In this document: in pieces, positions 23,906-32,679 of the stretch
How positions within the stretch are numbered: position 1 is the stretch's first letter
Layout: every line of letters begins with the position of its first letter
Source: Clostridiales bacterium
Lineage (GTDB): Bacteria > Bacillota > Clostridia > Lachnospirales > JAISYE01
NCBI GenBank assembly: GCA_031297485.1
Contig: JAISYE010000224.1
Span: 1-48,123, forward strand
Direction: 5' to 3'
DNA: 48,123 nucleotides
The notes under the pieces: model-generated
Seen by the model: the letters and a program-made list of their open reading frames with translations, nothing else
What the model was told of the DNA's origin: nothing
Databases searched by the model: none
Position numbers and translations under genes: made by a program

Positions 23906-25529
23906 TCTGTTTTTCGCCTCCCGCGATAGTGCGCATGATAATCTCCTGTTTCAAATCGCCGCCGCTTAATTCCCCCACTTTTTGGCGGTCACGCAGGACG
24001 GCCATGCGTGTACAGGTGCGCAGCATCTCCTCTATCTCGGAGGAGATAAAAGCCACCCCCACCCCGTCATGAGCGAGTTTCAGCACCAGTTTCTGTATCT
24101 CGGTTTTCGTGCCGATATCTATGCCGCGGGTCGGTTCGTCCAAGATGAGGTATTCGGGATTGGTGAGCAGCCAGCGCCCAATGATAACCTTTTGCTGATT
24201 GCCTCCCGAAAGGCTCTTGACAGGGGTTTCGCGGCCCGCGGTTTTAATTTGCAAAAGTGCGATATACTTGTCCGCGAAATTCTCCGACTCTTTGCGGGAT
24301 ATAGGCTTCCAGACGCCGCGTTTCGCTTGCAGGGCTATAATGATGTTCTCCCGGACCGACAGCTCCGCGATAATGCCGTCCCGTTTCCGGTCCTCCGGAA
24401 GATAGGCCATACCCTTTTTCATCGCGTCCAGCGGGCTGCTGAACCTTACTTCCGTCCCGCGGACTTTCAGAGTGCCGCTGTCCGGCTTGTCGGCGCTGTA
24501 TAATGCACGGGCCAACTCGCTGCGCCCCGAACCGAGAAGTCCTGTAAAGCCCACCACCTCGCCCTTGTAAACGCGCAAATCAAAAGGTTTTATATTACCT
24601 GTGCATCCAAGGCCGGCAGCTTCAATAAACGGCGTTTCACTTTCAAAATCAGGGCTGGATTTAGCGCTGGTTTTGATTTCCGCCAAATCATCAAATTCCT
24701 TACCCATCATTTTTGCCACAAGCTGTACGCGCGGCAGGTCCTTGACCTCATATTCGCCCGCCAGTTCGCCATTGCGCAGCACTGTGATGCGGTCGCAAAC
24801 CTCGTACACCTGTTCAAGAAAATGCGTGACAAATATGATGCCCACATTCTGTTCTTTCAATTGCCGCATAAGCTGGAAAAGTTTTGTCACTTCGTCGTCG
24901 TCAAGGGATGAAGTGGGTTCATCCAGAATCAGCGCCTTGCACTTCATATCCACCGCCCGGGCGATGGCGATCATCTGCTGAACGGCAATAGAGCAGTCGT
25001 CCAATTGCTGCGTGGAAACAGAAGGTATTTTAAGCCTCTTTAAAAGCATGTCCGCCTTTTTATTGATGGTTTTCCAGTCAATTAACCCGAATTTGCGGGG
25101 TTCCCGCCCGATAAATAAATTTTCGGCTACGGTCAGATTGGGACACAGGCTGATCTCCTGGTATACCGTGCTGATTCCGTTTGCCTGCGCTTCTTGCGGG
25201 GAATGGTTTACCACTGGGACCAGAACTTCCGCCAGCCCGTCGCGGCCGGGGCCGGAGCTTCCGGCGGGGCCGGAGCTTCCGGCGGGGCCGGAACTTCCGG
25301 CGGGGCCGGAGCTTCCGGATTGGATATGAATTTCTCCCGCGTCCATAATATAGACCCCTGTAAGCACTTTAATCAGCGTGGATTTCCCCGCGCCGTTTTC
25401 TCCCATAAGAGCGTGGATTTCCCCCTTGCGCAGTGTGAAATCCACATTGCGCAGCGCCTGTACACCAGGGAAAGATTTATATATGCCTTGCATCCGCAGG
25501 ACAATATTATCTTGCATCTCCTTGTTCAC
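23898..25529 (-). CDS. ytfR: sugar ABC transporter ATP-binding protein, two ABC domains (YtfR type), with repeat-encoded insertion
   Basis: Walker A GENGAGKST, LSGGNQQK signature and a second domain. Start uncertain: GTG 25529 lacks an RBS, and ATG 25517 has AAGGAG immediately adjacent. Confidence 0.85.
   Translation of the reverse strand: MNKEMQDNIVLRMQGIYKSFPGVQALRNVDFTLRKGEIHALMGENGAGKSTLIKVLTGVYIMDAGEIHIQSGSSGPAGSSGPAGSSGPAGSSGPGRDGLAEVLVPVVNHSPQEAQANGISTVYQEISLCPNLTVAENLFIGREPRKFGLIDWKTINKKADMLLKRLKIPSVSTQQLDDCSIAVQQMIAIARAVDMKCKALILDEPTSSLDDDEVTKLFQLMRQLKEQNVGIIFVTHFLEQVYEVCDRITVLRNGELAGEYEVKDLPRVQLVAKMMGKEFDDLAEIKTSAKSSPDFESETPFIEAAGLGCTGNIKPFDLRVYKGEVVGFTGLLGSGRSELARALYSADKPDSGTLKVRGTEVRFSSPLDAMKKGMAYLPEDRKRDGIIAELSVRENIIIALQAKRGVWKPISRKESENFADKYIALLQIKTAGRETPVKSLSGGNQQKVIIGRWLLTNPEYLILDEPTRGIDIGTKTEIQKLVLKLAHDGVGVAFISSEIEEMLRTCTRMAVLRDRQKVGELSGGDLKQEIIMRTIAGGEKQNV
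25216..25233. repeat. degenerate 18-nt unit in ytfR
   Basis: GGGACCAGAACTTCCGCC; rc reads AEVLVP. Confidence 0.6.
25248..25319. repeat. 4 x 18-nt perfect-register tandem array in ytfR
   Basis: Units at 25248, 25266, 25284 and 25302 (GGGGCCGGAGCTTCCGGC x2, GGGGCCGGAACTTCCGGC, GGGGCCGGAGCTTCCGGA); rc reads SGSSGPAGSSGPAGSSGPAGSSGP. Confidence 0.95.
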
Positions 25530-25563
25530 CTGCTTTTTTGAAAAATTTTTCAGAAAAAAAGCG

Positions 25564-25627
25564 CGCTTGGACTCCCGGAGCTAATCTCCGGACACTCCGT
25601 AACGCGCTTTTTTTATTTACCATGTAT
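25564..25627 (-). terminator. intercistronic hairpin/attenuator between ytfQ and ytfR
   Basis: Outer stem AGCGCG/CGCGCT and inner stem CCGGAG/CTCCGG, with U-runs on both strands. Confidence 0.45.
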
Positions 25628-25643
25628 GGTCGTGTTAGATGAA

Positions 25644-26672
25644 TTAATAGGCGCGGGCGTCAATGTCGGCTTGGGTAATGGTGGCCGCGTCAAAAGCGGT
25701 TTCTTCCACATAGGCCAGCTTCTCCGGGGTCTGCCCCGCTTGAAGCTGCTGTATCAGTTTTTCCACCCGCGGGCCGTGTAAGGGGTTACATTCCACATTG
25801 TAGTTGATTTTGCCCTCCAGCGTCATAGCCAGCCCGGCATGGGTCGCGTCAAAGGAAATAATGACAATGTCGCCGTTAATCCCGGCAGTCTTGCCTGCGG
25901 CCTCAATCGCGTCGATAGCTCCGAACGCCATGTTGTCGTTCTCACAGTACACCAGGTCGATTTGGCTGTTTTGTTTGAGGATACTCTCCATGACTTCCTG
26001 ACCTTTGGCTTGGGTAAATTCGCCGGTTTGCTGCGCGATCAGCTCCCAGCCGCTGTTGGCGGAAACTCCGGCCTCAAGCCCTTCGCTGCGGCCGATCTGC
26101 GCGGAGGAACCGATGGTGCCCTGCAAATGTACGATATTAACTTTCTCTTTTCCGGCAAGGGCGGTCTCCATCCATGCCACCGCGATATCGCCCTCTTTGC
26201 GGAAGTCGGAACCCACCCAGCAGGTGAACAAGCTGTCGTCGGACACGTCGATCATGCGGTCAACAATGATAACCGGTATCCCGGCGTCTTTAGCTTCCTT
26301 CAAAACCGTATCCCAGCCGGTTTCGCCAATAGGAGCCAAGACTATATAATCCACTTCCTGCTGAATAAAGTTGCGGATAGCCGTGATCTGGTTATCCTGT
26401 TTTTGCTGGGCATCGTCGAAAATCAGCTTGTAGCCGTTATCCGCCGTAAAGGTTTCCTGCATGGACTTCGTGTTGGCCGTCCGCCAGTCGCTTTCAGCGC
26501 CCACTTGTGAAAATCCGACCACAATTAGGCCGTCCGTATTATCGGCGGCCGCGGAAGCGCCGGCGCTGTTATCCGCCGGGGCGGGGCTTGGCTGCCGCCC
26601 GCCGCTGCAGGCCGCGAGGCCCGTCATTACAGCGGCTGTAAGTAAAACACATAAAACTTTTTTGAACCGCAT
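25644..26672 (-). CDS. ytfQ: galactofuranose-type ABC transporter substrate-binding lipoprotein
   Basis: 342 aa; lipobox LAAC; VGFSQVGAESDWRTA...QQKQDNQI...GWDTVLKEAKDAGIPVIIVDR closely follows the E. coli YtfQ pattern as I recall it. Confidence 0.85.
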   Translation of the reverse strand: MRFKKVLCVLLTAAVMTGLAACSGGRQPSPAPADNSAGASAAADNTDGLIVVGFSQVGAESDWRTANTKSMQETFTADNGYKLIFDDAQQKQDNQITAIRNFIQQEVDYIVLAPIGETGWDTVLKEAKDAGIPVIIVDRMIDVSDDSLFTCWVGSDFRKEGDIAVAWMETALAGKEKVNIVHLQGTIGSSAQIGRSEGLEAGVSANSGWELIAQQTGEFTQAKGQEVMESILKQNSQIDLVYCENDNMAFGAIDAIEAAGKTAGINGDIVIISFDATHAGLAMTLEGKINYNVECNPLHGPRVEKLIQQLQAGQTPEKLAYVEETAFDAATITQADIDARAY

Positions 26673-26844
26673 AGAATTTCCTCCTTGATGTTGTGTGATT
26701 TTACGCGGATTTCTCCGTGTTTTGTTTTCGGATTTATTTTAAATGCCGGGGAGGGAAATATCCATGCATTATTTTTCGCAGTTTTTAAGTTATTTTATAT
26801 TTTTTTAAAATGAATTTGCCGGCCTGAAAAAAAGGTTGATTATT

Positions 26845-28320
26845 TTACGGACTCAGTTGAATTTTTTTGGGAATCCGCACGGTAACAGTGGTCCCTTCCC
26901 CTGGGACACTTTCGAAGGACAAGCCGTAGCTTTCCCCGCAGTACAGTTTAATCCGCTTGTGAACATTTATCAGCCCAAGGCCGCGGAAGCCCCGGCCCCC
27001 GGCGCGGCGGCCCTTGTACAAACCGGCGCGCAGAGTCTCCAGCTGTTCTTCCGACATGCCTATGCCGTTATCCCGGACAGTAAGCGCAATCGCGTCCGTT
27101 TCCTCATACCCTTGTATGACGATCCGCCCCATCGCGCGTTTGTTCTTGGTGCCGTGGTATATTGCGTTCTCCACCAGCGGCTGAAGTGTCAGTTTAGGGA
27201 TCGTATAACGGAGCAGCGTGTCCGGTATATCTATGCTGTATTCCAGAATGTCGCTGTAACGGATATTCTGTATTTCCAAATAGCTTTTCACATGATTCCT
27301 TTCCGCTTCCAGCGTGACGACATCATGACCGCTGCTCAGAGAGTTCCGGAAAAACACGGAAAGGCTCGACACCATTTTTGTGACCTCGGAATTTCTGTGG
27401 GCTTCCGCCAGCCAGATAATTGAATCCAGCGTATTATAGAGGAAATGCGGATTAATCTGCGCCTGTAACAATTCAAGCTCGGCGCGGCGCAGGCTGGTTT
27501 GGTGCTCCCTCACTTCTTCCAGGAGGCCGTTAATGTGGCGGACCATGTCATTGAAGCCGTCGTCCAGAGTCTTGATCTCTTCGCTTCTTGTCTCAATAGG
27601 CTCCACGGAAAAATCGCCTCCGCTGGGATCGGAACTTCCGGCAAGTTTCTCTACCTTTCTGGAAAGCTCGCTTATGGGCTGGGTGATGCGGCGGGTAAAG
27701 CGCAGGGAATACACAAGGATACTCACGACTAACAACGCGGACAAAATTACAGTCACGGCGATGGTAGTCAGCACTTTGGCTTTAATCCTGACTTGCAGCC
27801 GGGCAAGTTCTTTTACCTCGTCATACAGGTAATTATGCATGTAAGATTCGATGAGTTTCGTGATCGAGTAAATATCCCTGTCCAATTTCTTTATCCGGTC
27901 GTCGTAATATTCCGTGTTAGCTATATCCGCCATATACTTTTTGAGGTTGCCGCACATGTTAAGCATACTGCTGATACGCCAGCGGTTGTCGCCTTGGGCA
28001 GTGGTCTTTTGCAGGCGGTTCAGCACCTCCACGGCGTGGTCAACCTCGCCCCAGGGCAGTTCGGCTTCGCTTTTCGCGTTTATCACATGATACCACATGG
28101 CAAGGTCAAGGTTATGTTTGAACTCGTTGTTAAATTCCGCCGCTGTATTCGCGTTCTGCAGCGCCACTGTGTATTCCTGATTAAAGGACACCAGCAGAAT
28201 CAGCAGCGAGGCTGTCATAACGAGCAGCGGCAGGCAGACGCTCAGCAGCAGCTGGGAAAGCTGCTTGTTGATGCTTATACGCGTTTTCTTCATATTGCGC
28301 GAAATATCAGCGGACAGCAT
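26845..28320 (-). CDS. sensor histidine kinase (YesM/LytS-like: 2 TM, HAMP, His_kinase, HATPase)
   Basis: 491 aa; QINPHFLYNTLDSI H-box region, N-box ENAIYHG, DNGIGM; GGAAGG RBS 9 nt upstream. Confidence 0.85.
   Translation of the reverse strand: MLSADISRNMKKTRISINKQLSQLLLSVCLPLLVMTASLLILLVSFNQEYTVALQNANTAAEFNNEFKHNLDLAMWYHVINAKSEAELPWGEVDHAVEVLNRLQKTTAQGDNRWRISSMLNMCGNLKKYMADIANTEYYDDRIKKLDRDIYSITKLIESYMHNYLYDEVKELARLQVRIKAKVLTTIAVTVILSALLVVSILVYSLRFTRRITQPISELSRKVEKLAGSSDPSGGDFSVEPIETRSEEIKTLDDGFNDMVRHINGLLEEVREHQTSLRRAELELLQAQINPHFLYNTLDSIIWLAEAHRNSEVTKMVSSLSVFFRNSLSSGHDVVTLEAERNHVKSYLEIQNIRYSDILEYSIDIPDTLLRYTIPKLTLQPLVENAIYHGTKNKRAMGRIVIQGYEETDAIALTVRDNGIGMSEEQLETLRAGLYKGRRAGGRGFRGLGLINVHKRIKLYCGESYGLSFESVPGEGTTVTVRIPKKIQLSP
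27625..27642. repeat. 18-nt unit derivative in the histidine kinase gene
   Basis: GGGATCGGAACTTCCGGC; rc reads AGSSDP, in the linker after HAMP. Confidence 0.75.
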
Positions 28321-28325
28321 ACGCG

Positions 28326-29957
28326 TCAGCCTTCCTTTTTCCCGCTGCGGTATTCCCTGGGAGAACAGCCGGTTATTTTTTTAAACAAAAAGCTGAAGTA
28401 GTGCGGGTCGTTGTACCCGACTTTAAAGGAAATTTCGCTGCTGCTGTCCGTAGTGCAGCGCAAAAGCTCCCGCGCCTTTTCCATGCGCAGCTCGGTAAGG
28501 CGCTCCACAAAGGTTTTACCTGTTTGCTGGCTGAAAACCGCGCTGAAATACGAAGGCGCCATATTGGCGATCCGGGCGGCGGCATTAAGGTTCATATTTG
28601 GGTTGGAGTAGTTTTCCATCATATACGCAATTACGACGCGCAGCATTTCACGGTAGCGGTTTGTGGCGGCCAGCTCCCGCGCTGACAGCGCGTTGGACAG
28701 AAGCCGTGTTGTGTACTCTTTTACCCCGTTCAGGGAAGCCATGGCTTCTGCCAGTTTCTTCTTCTCGATCTCAGAGTCGCGCGCTGCCATATCCCATTCC
28801 ATTTTTTTCGCGAAGGCGGTTACCGCGAAGTGCATATTCAACACGACATAATGACGGAATAAAATGGATTCCATGGTTTTCGGGCCAAAGCCATCGAAAT
28901 AATCCTGGACAAAACTGTGAATATCCTCCTGCAGGCCGTTAATGAGGAATTTTTCGACCAGACGCGAATCCATCTTATTGGCGTCCATCTCGTCCGGGTT
29001 AAAATCGAGCGGCATTTGCCCGGAAGAAAGGGCAGGCTCCAGCGTCTTCCTGTAGAACAGGGCTTTTCTGGCCGCTTTGTAACACTTGCCCAGGGCGCTG
29101 AGACGTGTTACGGGCTCTCCGGTGATGATCACATGGTAAATTTTATCCGCAAGCGGCAGGCAAATTTGGTTCAGAGTATTGACGCAATCTTCCGTGTACC
29201 GCATGATGTCGCCGTCGTCCGCTTTTATAAGGAAAACAGTTACGCCCATTCCGGCGCTGAACATGATAAAATGCCTGCTGTCTGAAAAAGCGCGGGATAT
29301 TTCATCAGGGACCGTGGCTTCCGGCTGGACGGCGGCTGGTAAATCTGAGGCGTTATCCTGCGCCGGAAGTTCCGGTCCCGGGAGATTTTTTTCTAAAAGA
29401 AACAGGACGATATTGTACTGTTCGGCGGTCACATCAAGCCCCAGTCTTTGGGCGCGCTCTAACAGCGAGGGCACTGCAACGCCGCCTGAAATCAGCATAT
29501 CAAAAAAGTCGCGCCGGGACGACGAAAGATATTTCTGAACCTCGCCGGCAAACTGGATATTGTACTGCGTTTGGGCCTGTTCCTCATCTTTTTTCTTTTT
29601 AACCTCCAGAAGCACATCCACTAGTTGGTCCTTTGCCAAGGGCTTCAGAAGATACTGGCTTACGCCGATACTTATGGCTTCCTGCGCGTAGAGAAAATCA
29701 TCGTAGCCGCTGAGTATGACGACAATAGTACAAGGCAGATTTTTCTTGATGAACCTGCTTAGTTCAAGGCCGTCCATAAACGGCATTTTGATGTCGGTTA
29801 TGACTATATCGGGCTTCTGCTTTTGAATGGCGCTCCAAGCCAATTCCCCGTCCGGCGCTTCTCCCGCGAAGGTAAAACCGTATTCCTCCCAGCTTACCAG
29901 CCGTTTTATCCCTTCACGGACGACAATTTCATCTTCTGCTAAAAATACGCTGTACAT
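28326..29957 (-). CDS. response regulator, CheY receiver + AraC-type HTH (YesN-like)
   Basis: VFLAEDE...DIVITDIKMPFMDG receiver and C-terminal AraC HTH (GYNDPHYFSFLFKK); start trimmed to ATG 29957 (MYSV), 9 nt after AAAGGA. Confidence 0.85.
   Translation of the reverse strand: MYSVFLAEDEIVVREGIKRLVSWEEYGFTFAGEAPDGELAWSAIQKQKPDIVITDIKMPFMDGLELSRFIKKNLPCTIVVILSGYDDFLYAQEAISIGVSQYLLKPLAKDQLVDVLLEVKKKKDEEQAQTQYNIQFAGEVQKYLSSSRRDFFDMLISGGVAVPSLLERAQRLGLDVTAEQYNIVLFLLEKNLPGPELPAQDNASDLPAAVQPEATVPDEISRAFSDSRHFIMFSAGMGVTVFLIKADDGDIMRYTEDCVNTLNQICLPLADKIYHVIITGEPVTRLSALGKCYKAARKALFYRKTLEPALSSGQMPLDFNPDEMDANKMDSRLVEKFLINGLQEDIHSFVQDYFDGFGPKTMESILFRHYVVLNMHFAVTAFAKKMEWDMAARDSEIEKKKLAEAMASLNGVKEYTTRLLSNALSARELAATNRYREMLRVVIAYMMENYSNPNMNLNAAARIANMAPSYFSAVFSQQTGKTFVERLTELRMEKARELLRCTTDSSSEISFKVGYNDPHYFSFLFKKITGCSPREYRSGKKEG
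29362..29379. repeat. 18-nt unit in the response-regulator interdomain region
   Basis: GCCGGAAGTTCCGGTCCC; rc reads GPELPA. Confidence 0.8.
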
Positions 29958-29997
29958 GCTTTTCATTCCTTTCGGTTTCAAGGGCTGTGTTTTTATA

Positions 29998-30190
29998 CTA
30001 AGGCGCGAAAAGAAATGCACTTTTCACGCCGGTTGTTGGTTGCTCACACACGAAAACACTGAAAGATTTTTAGAAGATGTTTTCGTGTGTGAGTATAATA
30101 TTGTGGGTACGAACCGCGTTCGCCCGCTTTCAGCGTGTTTCAAGTATAGCACCGGCCGCGGTGAATAACAATAAAACGCCGGACGCGCTG
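29998..30190 (+). repeat. repeat family 3, copy 2 (longest)
   Basis: Same hairpins (30043-30058 / 30078-30093), then a REP, then TTTCAGCGTGTTTCAAGTATAGCACCGGCCGCGGTGAATAACAATA. Confidence 0.8.
30105..30127. repeat. REP-like palindrome
   Basis: GGGTACGAACCGCGTTCGCCCGC. Confidence 0.7.
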
Positions 30191-30407
30191 CGAAGTGCCT
30201 TTGCCCGCAGACTTTTTTAAGTATTGACGGAATAATTTTTTTGTTGTACCATGGGTTACAGAAGTCAATTACTTTAAAAGGCAAGCGTAAGGGGCGGACT
30301 GCCTGACGCTTGCTGATTTTTGTTTGCCCGCCTTTTAAGCGCTTAAAGGCGGCTGCGGCCCTTCAAGGTCCCTCAAGTCACGCTGAAAATTTTCCTAAAA
30401 ATTTTTC

Positions 30408-30436
30408 TTGCAAACCTATACGAATTATGTTATAGT
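30408..30436 (+). promoter_or_regulatory. sigma-A promoter of the S10 ribosomal protein operon
   Basis: TTGCAA (30408-30413) - 17 nt - TGtTATAGT (extended -10; hexamer 30431-30436); about 260-nt leader before rpsJ. Confidence 0.7.
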
Positions 30437-30561
30437 GAAAATTGTTGTGACGTTCAGAGCGATGATACAGGAGGTTGCCGCGCTTCGCGCGGGTTTTCCT
30501 GAGGAGCTTTTGTCCGTTCAGGAAGCGGGCGACACGGTCACTGTAACAGCATAGCGGGAAT

Positions 30562-30588
30562 GCGGGCGGACGCGATTCGCCCCTGCGG
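30562..30588. repeat. REP-like palindrome in the S10 operon leader
   Basis: GCGGGCGGACGCGATTCGCCCCTGCGG. Confidence 0.7.
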
Positions 30589-30591
30589 GCA

Positions 30592-30619
30592 GCGGGGCGG
30601 GCATGATTCGTCCCTGCGG
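30592..30619. repeat. REP-like palindrome in the S10 operon leader (second, tandem)
   Basis: GCGGGGCGGGCATGATTCGTCCCTGCGG. Confidence 0.65.
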
Positions 30620-30698
30620 CTCATATAGACACACCCGGACGCGTGTACAGTTGCCACTGTCGTACAAAACAGTACGAAACAAGGAGGCGGCTTTTTTT

Positions 30699-31010
30699 AT
30701 GGCAAATCAAAAAATAAGAATCAGTTTAAAAGCCTACGATCATAAGCTGATAGACCAGTCCGTGGTCCAGATTATTGATACGGCGAAGAAAACCGGGGCG
30801 AAAATATCCGGCCCCATACCCCTTCCCACGAAAAAGGAAGTGGTGACGATACTGCGGGCGGTGCATAAGTATAAGGATTCGCGGGAACAGTTTGAGATGA
30901 GCACGCATAAACGTTTAATTGATATTTTGGTGTATACGCCGAAGACGATAGACGCGTTGCAGCGTATAGACCTGCCTGACGGCGTGGATATCACGTTAAA
31001 GGTAATATAA
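30699..31010 (+). CDS. rpsJ: 30S ribosomal protein S10
   Basis: [21 protein letters not shown]...; AAGGAGG 9 nt upstream; the ORF-track 5' extension is leader sequence. Confidence 0.97.
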   Translation: MANQKIRISLKAYDHKLIDQSVVQIIDTAKKTGAKISGPIPLPTKKEVVTILRAVHKYKDSREQFEMSTHKRLIDILVYTPKTIDALQRIDLPDGVDITLKVI

Positions 31011-31028
31011 CGGAAACTGAGGTGCGAG

Positions 31029-31658
31029 ATGCAAAAAGCGATAGTAGCGAAGAAATTGGGCATGACCCAAGTGTTTACGGAAACCGGGAACCTGGTGCCG
31101 GTAACGGTGCTGGAAGCCGGGCCGTGCGTGGTCGTGCGGAAAAAGACAGTGGAAAAAGACGGGTACGACGCGCTGCAGGTAGGCTTCGGGGAAGCGAAGG
31201 AGCGGCGCGTGACCAAGCCGCAGAAAGGCCAGTTTGATAAAGCGGGAATCGCGCCGCGCAAATATTTAAAAGAACTGCGGTTTTCTGATATAAGCGGGTT
31301 CGAAGTGGGCGCGGAGCTTAAAGCGGACATATTCGCGGCGGGCGACCATGTAGACGTAAGCGGGGTATCCAAGGGCAAGGGCTATCAGGGCGCCATAAAA
31401 CGCCACGGCTTTCACCGCGGGCCTATGGCCCACGGCTCCAAGTATCACCGCGGGCTTGGCTCCTTAAGTTCCAACACGTCGCCCGGCAAGGTGAAAAAGG
31501 GCAAGAAGATGGCGGGGCACATGGGCAATGTGAACGTCACGCTGCAAAACCTGGAAGTGGTGCGCGCGGACGGGGAAAAGAACCTGCTGCTGCTTAAAGG
31601 CGCGGTGCCCGGCGTCAGAGGCGCTATAATCCTGGTGAAGAACACGGTTAAGCTGTAA
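31029..31658 (+). CDS. rplC: 50S ribosomal protein L3
   Basis: KKLGMTQVF...GKGYQG motifs; operon order. Confidence 0.97.
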   Translation: MQKAIVAKKLGMTQVFTETGNLVPVTVLEAGPCVVVRKKTVEKDGYDALQVGFGEAKERRVTKPQKGQFDKAGIAPRKYLKELRFSDISGFEVGAELKADIFAAGDHVDVSGVSKGKGYQGAIKRHGFHRGPMAHGSKYHRGLGSLSSNTSPGKVKKGKKMAGHMGNVNVTLQNLEVVRADGEKNLLLLKGAVPGVRGAIILVKNTVKL

Positions 31659-31681
31659 GCGGGCGAACACGGTTCGCCCGC
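31659..31681. repeat. REP-like palindrome in the rplC-rplD spacer
   Basis: GCGGGCGAACACGGTTCGCCCGC, starting 1 nt after the rplC stop. Confidence 0.8.
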
Positions 31682-31708
31682 GCCTAAACAAACGGAAGGA
31701 GGATACTA

Positions 31709-32329
31709 ATGGCAATAGTGGCTGTGTATGATATGGAGGGAAGCCAGGTAGGCACAATGGAGCTTGACGACGCCGTGTTCGGAATAGAAGTGAACGAGCG
31801 CGCGCTGCAGCTGGCTGTGGTGCAGAACCTGGCCAACCGCCGGCAGGGCACCAAAAACACGAAGACCCGGGCAGAAGTGCGCGGGGGCGGCCGCAAACCC
31901 TGGCGGCAGAAGGGAACAGGCCGCGCGAGGCAAGGCTCTACCAGGGCGCCCCATTGGACGGGCGGAGGTGTGGCGTTCGCGCCCAAGCCCAGGGATTTTT
32001 CATTCAAATTGAACAAGAAGGTAAAACGCCTGGCGCTTAAGAGCGCGCTGTCTTCCCGGGTGGAGGAAAACAAATTAGTCGTGCTGGATAAACTTACGCT
32101 CCCTGAAATTAAGACAAAGGAAATGCAGAAGGTTGTCAACAATTTGAAATTGGAAAAAGCGCTGGTGGTAATCGACAGCGAATCTGAGAATGTGCGGCTT
32201 TCCACCCGTAACATTCCCAATATAAAAACCGCGGGCATAGAAACCATTAACCCATACGACATATTGAAATTCGATACGTTTGTGGTGACAAAAAGCGCGG
32301 TAGCTAAGATCCAGGAGGTGTACGCCTAA
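31709..32329 (+). CDS. rplD: 50S ribosomal protein L4
   Basis: RRQGT..TKTRAEVRGGGRKPWRQKGTGRAR motif. Confidence 0.97.
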   Translation: MAIVAVYDMEGSQVGTMELDDAVFGIEVNERALQLAVVQNLANRRQGTKNTKTRAEVRGGGRKPWRQKGTGRARQGSTRAPHWTGGGVAFAPKPRDFSFKLNKKVKRLALKSALSSRVEENKLVVLDKLTLPEIKTKEMQKVVNNLKLEKALVVIDSESENVRLSTRNIPNIKTAGIETINPYDILKFDTFVVTKSAVAKIQEVYA

Positions 32330-32628
32330 TGGCGGACTTAAAATATTACGACGTTCTTTTGAGCCCCACCACCACTGAAAAGAGCATGACGCTGATGTCG
32401 GATAAATGTTATACTTTCCTGGTGCATAAGGACGCGACCAAGATACAGATAAAGGAAGCGGCTGAGAAGATGTTCGAGGGCGTAAAAGTCGCGAAGGTCA
32501 ATACAATGAATTATGACGGCAAGCTCAAGCGCCGCGGCTATACTAAGGGAAGGACTTCGGCGCGCAAGAAGGCGCTGATAAAACTGACCGCGGACAGCAA
32601 GGAGATTGAGGTTTTCCCGGGGCTGTAG
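32329..32628 (+). CDS. rplW: 50S ribosomal protein L23
   Basis: 99 aa; TEKS...FLVHKDATKIQIKEA pattern; ATG overlaps the rplD stop. Confidence 0.95.
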   Translation: MADLKYYDVLLSPTTTEKSMTLMSDKCYTFLVHKDATKIQIKEAAEKMFEGVKVAKVNTMNYDGKLKRRGYTKGRTSARKKALIKLTADSKEIEVFPGL

Positions 32629-32635
32629 CCGCAGA

Positions 32636-32654
32636 GGCGGACTGCGTTCGCCCG
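32636..32654. repeat. REP-like palindrome in the rplW-rplB spacer
   Basis: GGCGGACTGCGTTCGCCCG. Confidence 0.7.
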
Positions 32655-32679
32655 TATTTAACGAAAGGAGGTTTTAACC

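Noticed and set aside
25248-25319. Tandem 18-nt repeats as a CRISPR array
   Set aside because: The units are contiguous with no spacers, much shorter than CRISPR repeats, in-frame inside an ABC ATPase gene, and no cas genes are present.
26980-26999. GCCGCGGAAGCCCCGGCCCC in the histidine kinase as another 18-nt unit copy
   Set aside because: It only loosely resembles the unit and lies in the conserved G-box region (GFRGLGL) of the ATPase domain, so ordinary coding sequence is the simpler explanation.
30283-30330. Hairpin GCAAGCGT...ACGCTTGC + TGATTTTTG upstream of the S10 promoter as a terminator
   Set aside because: There is no plus-strand gene upstream to terminate, and the 17-nt loop is large. 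It is left unannotated.
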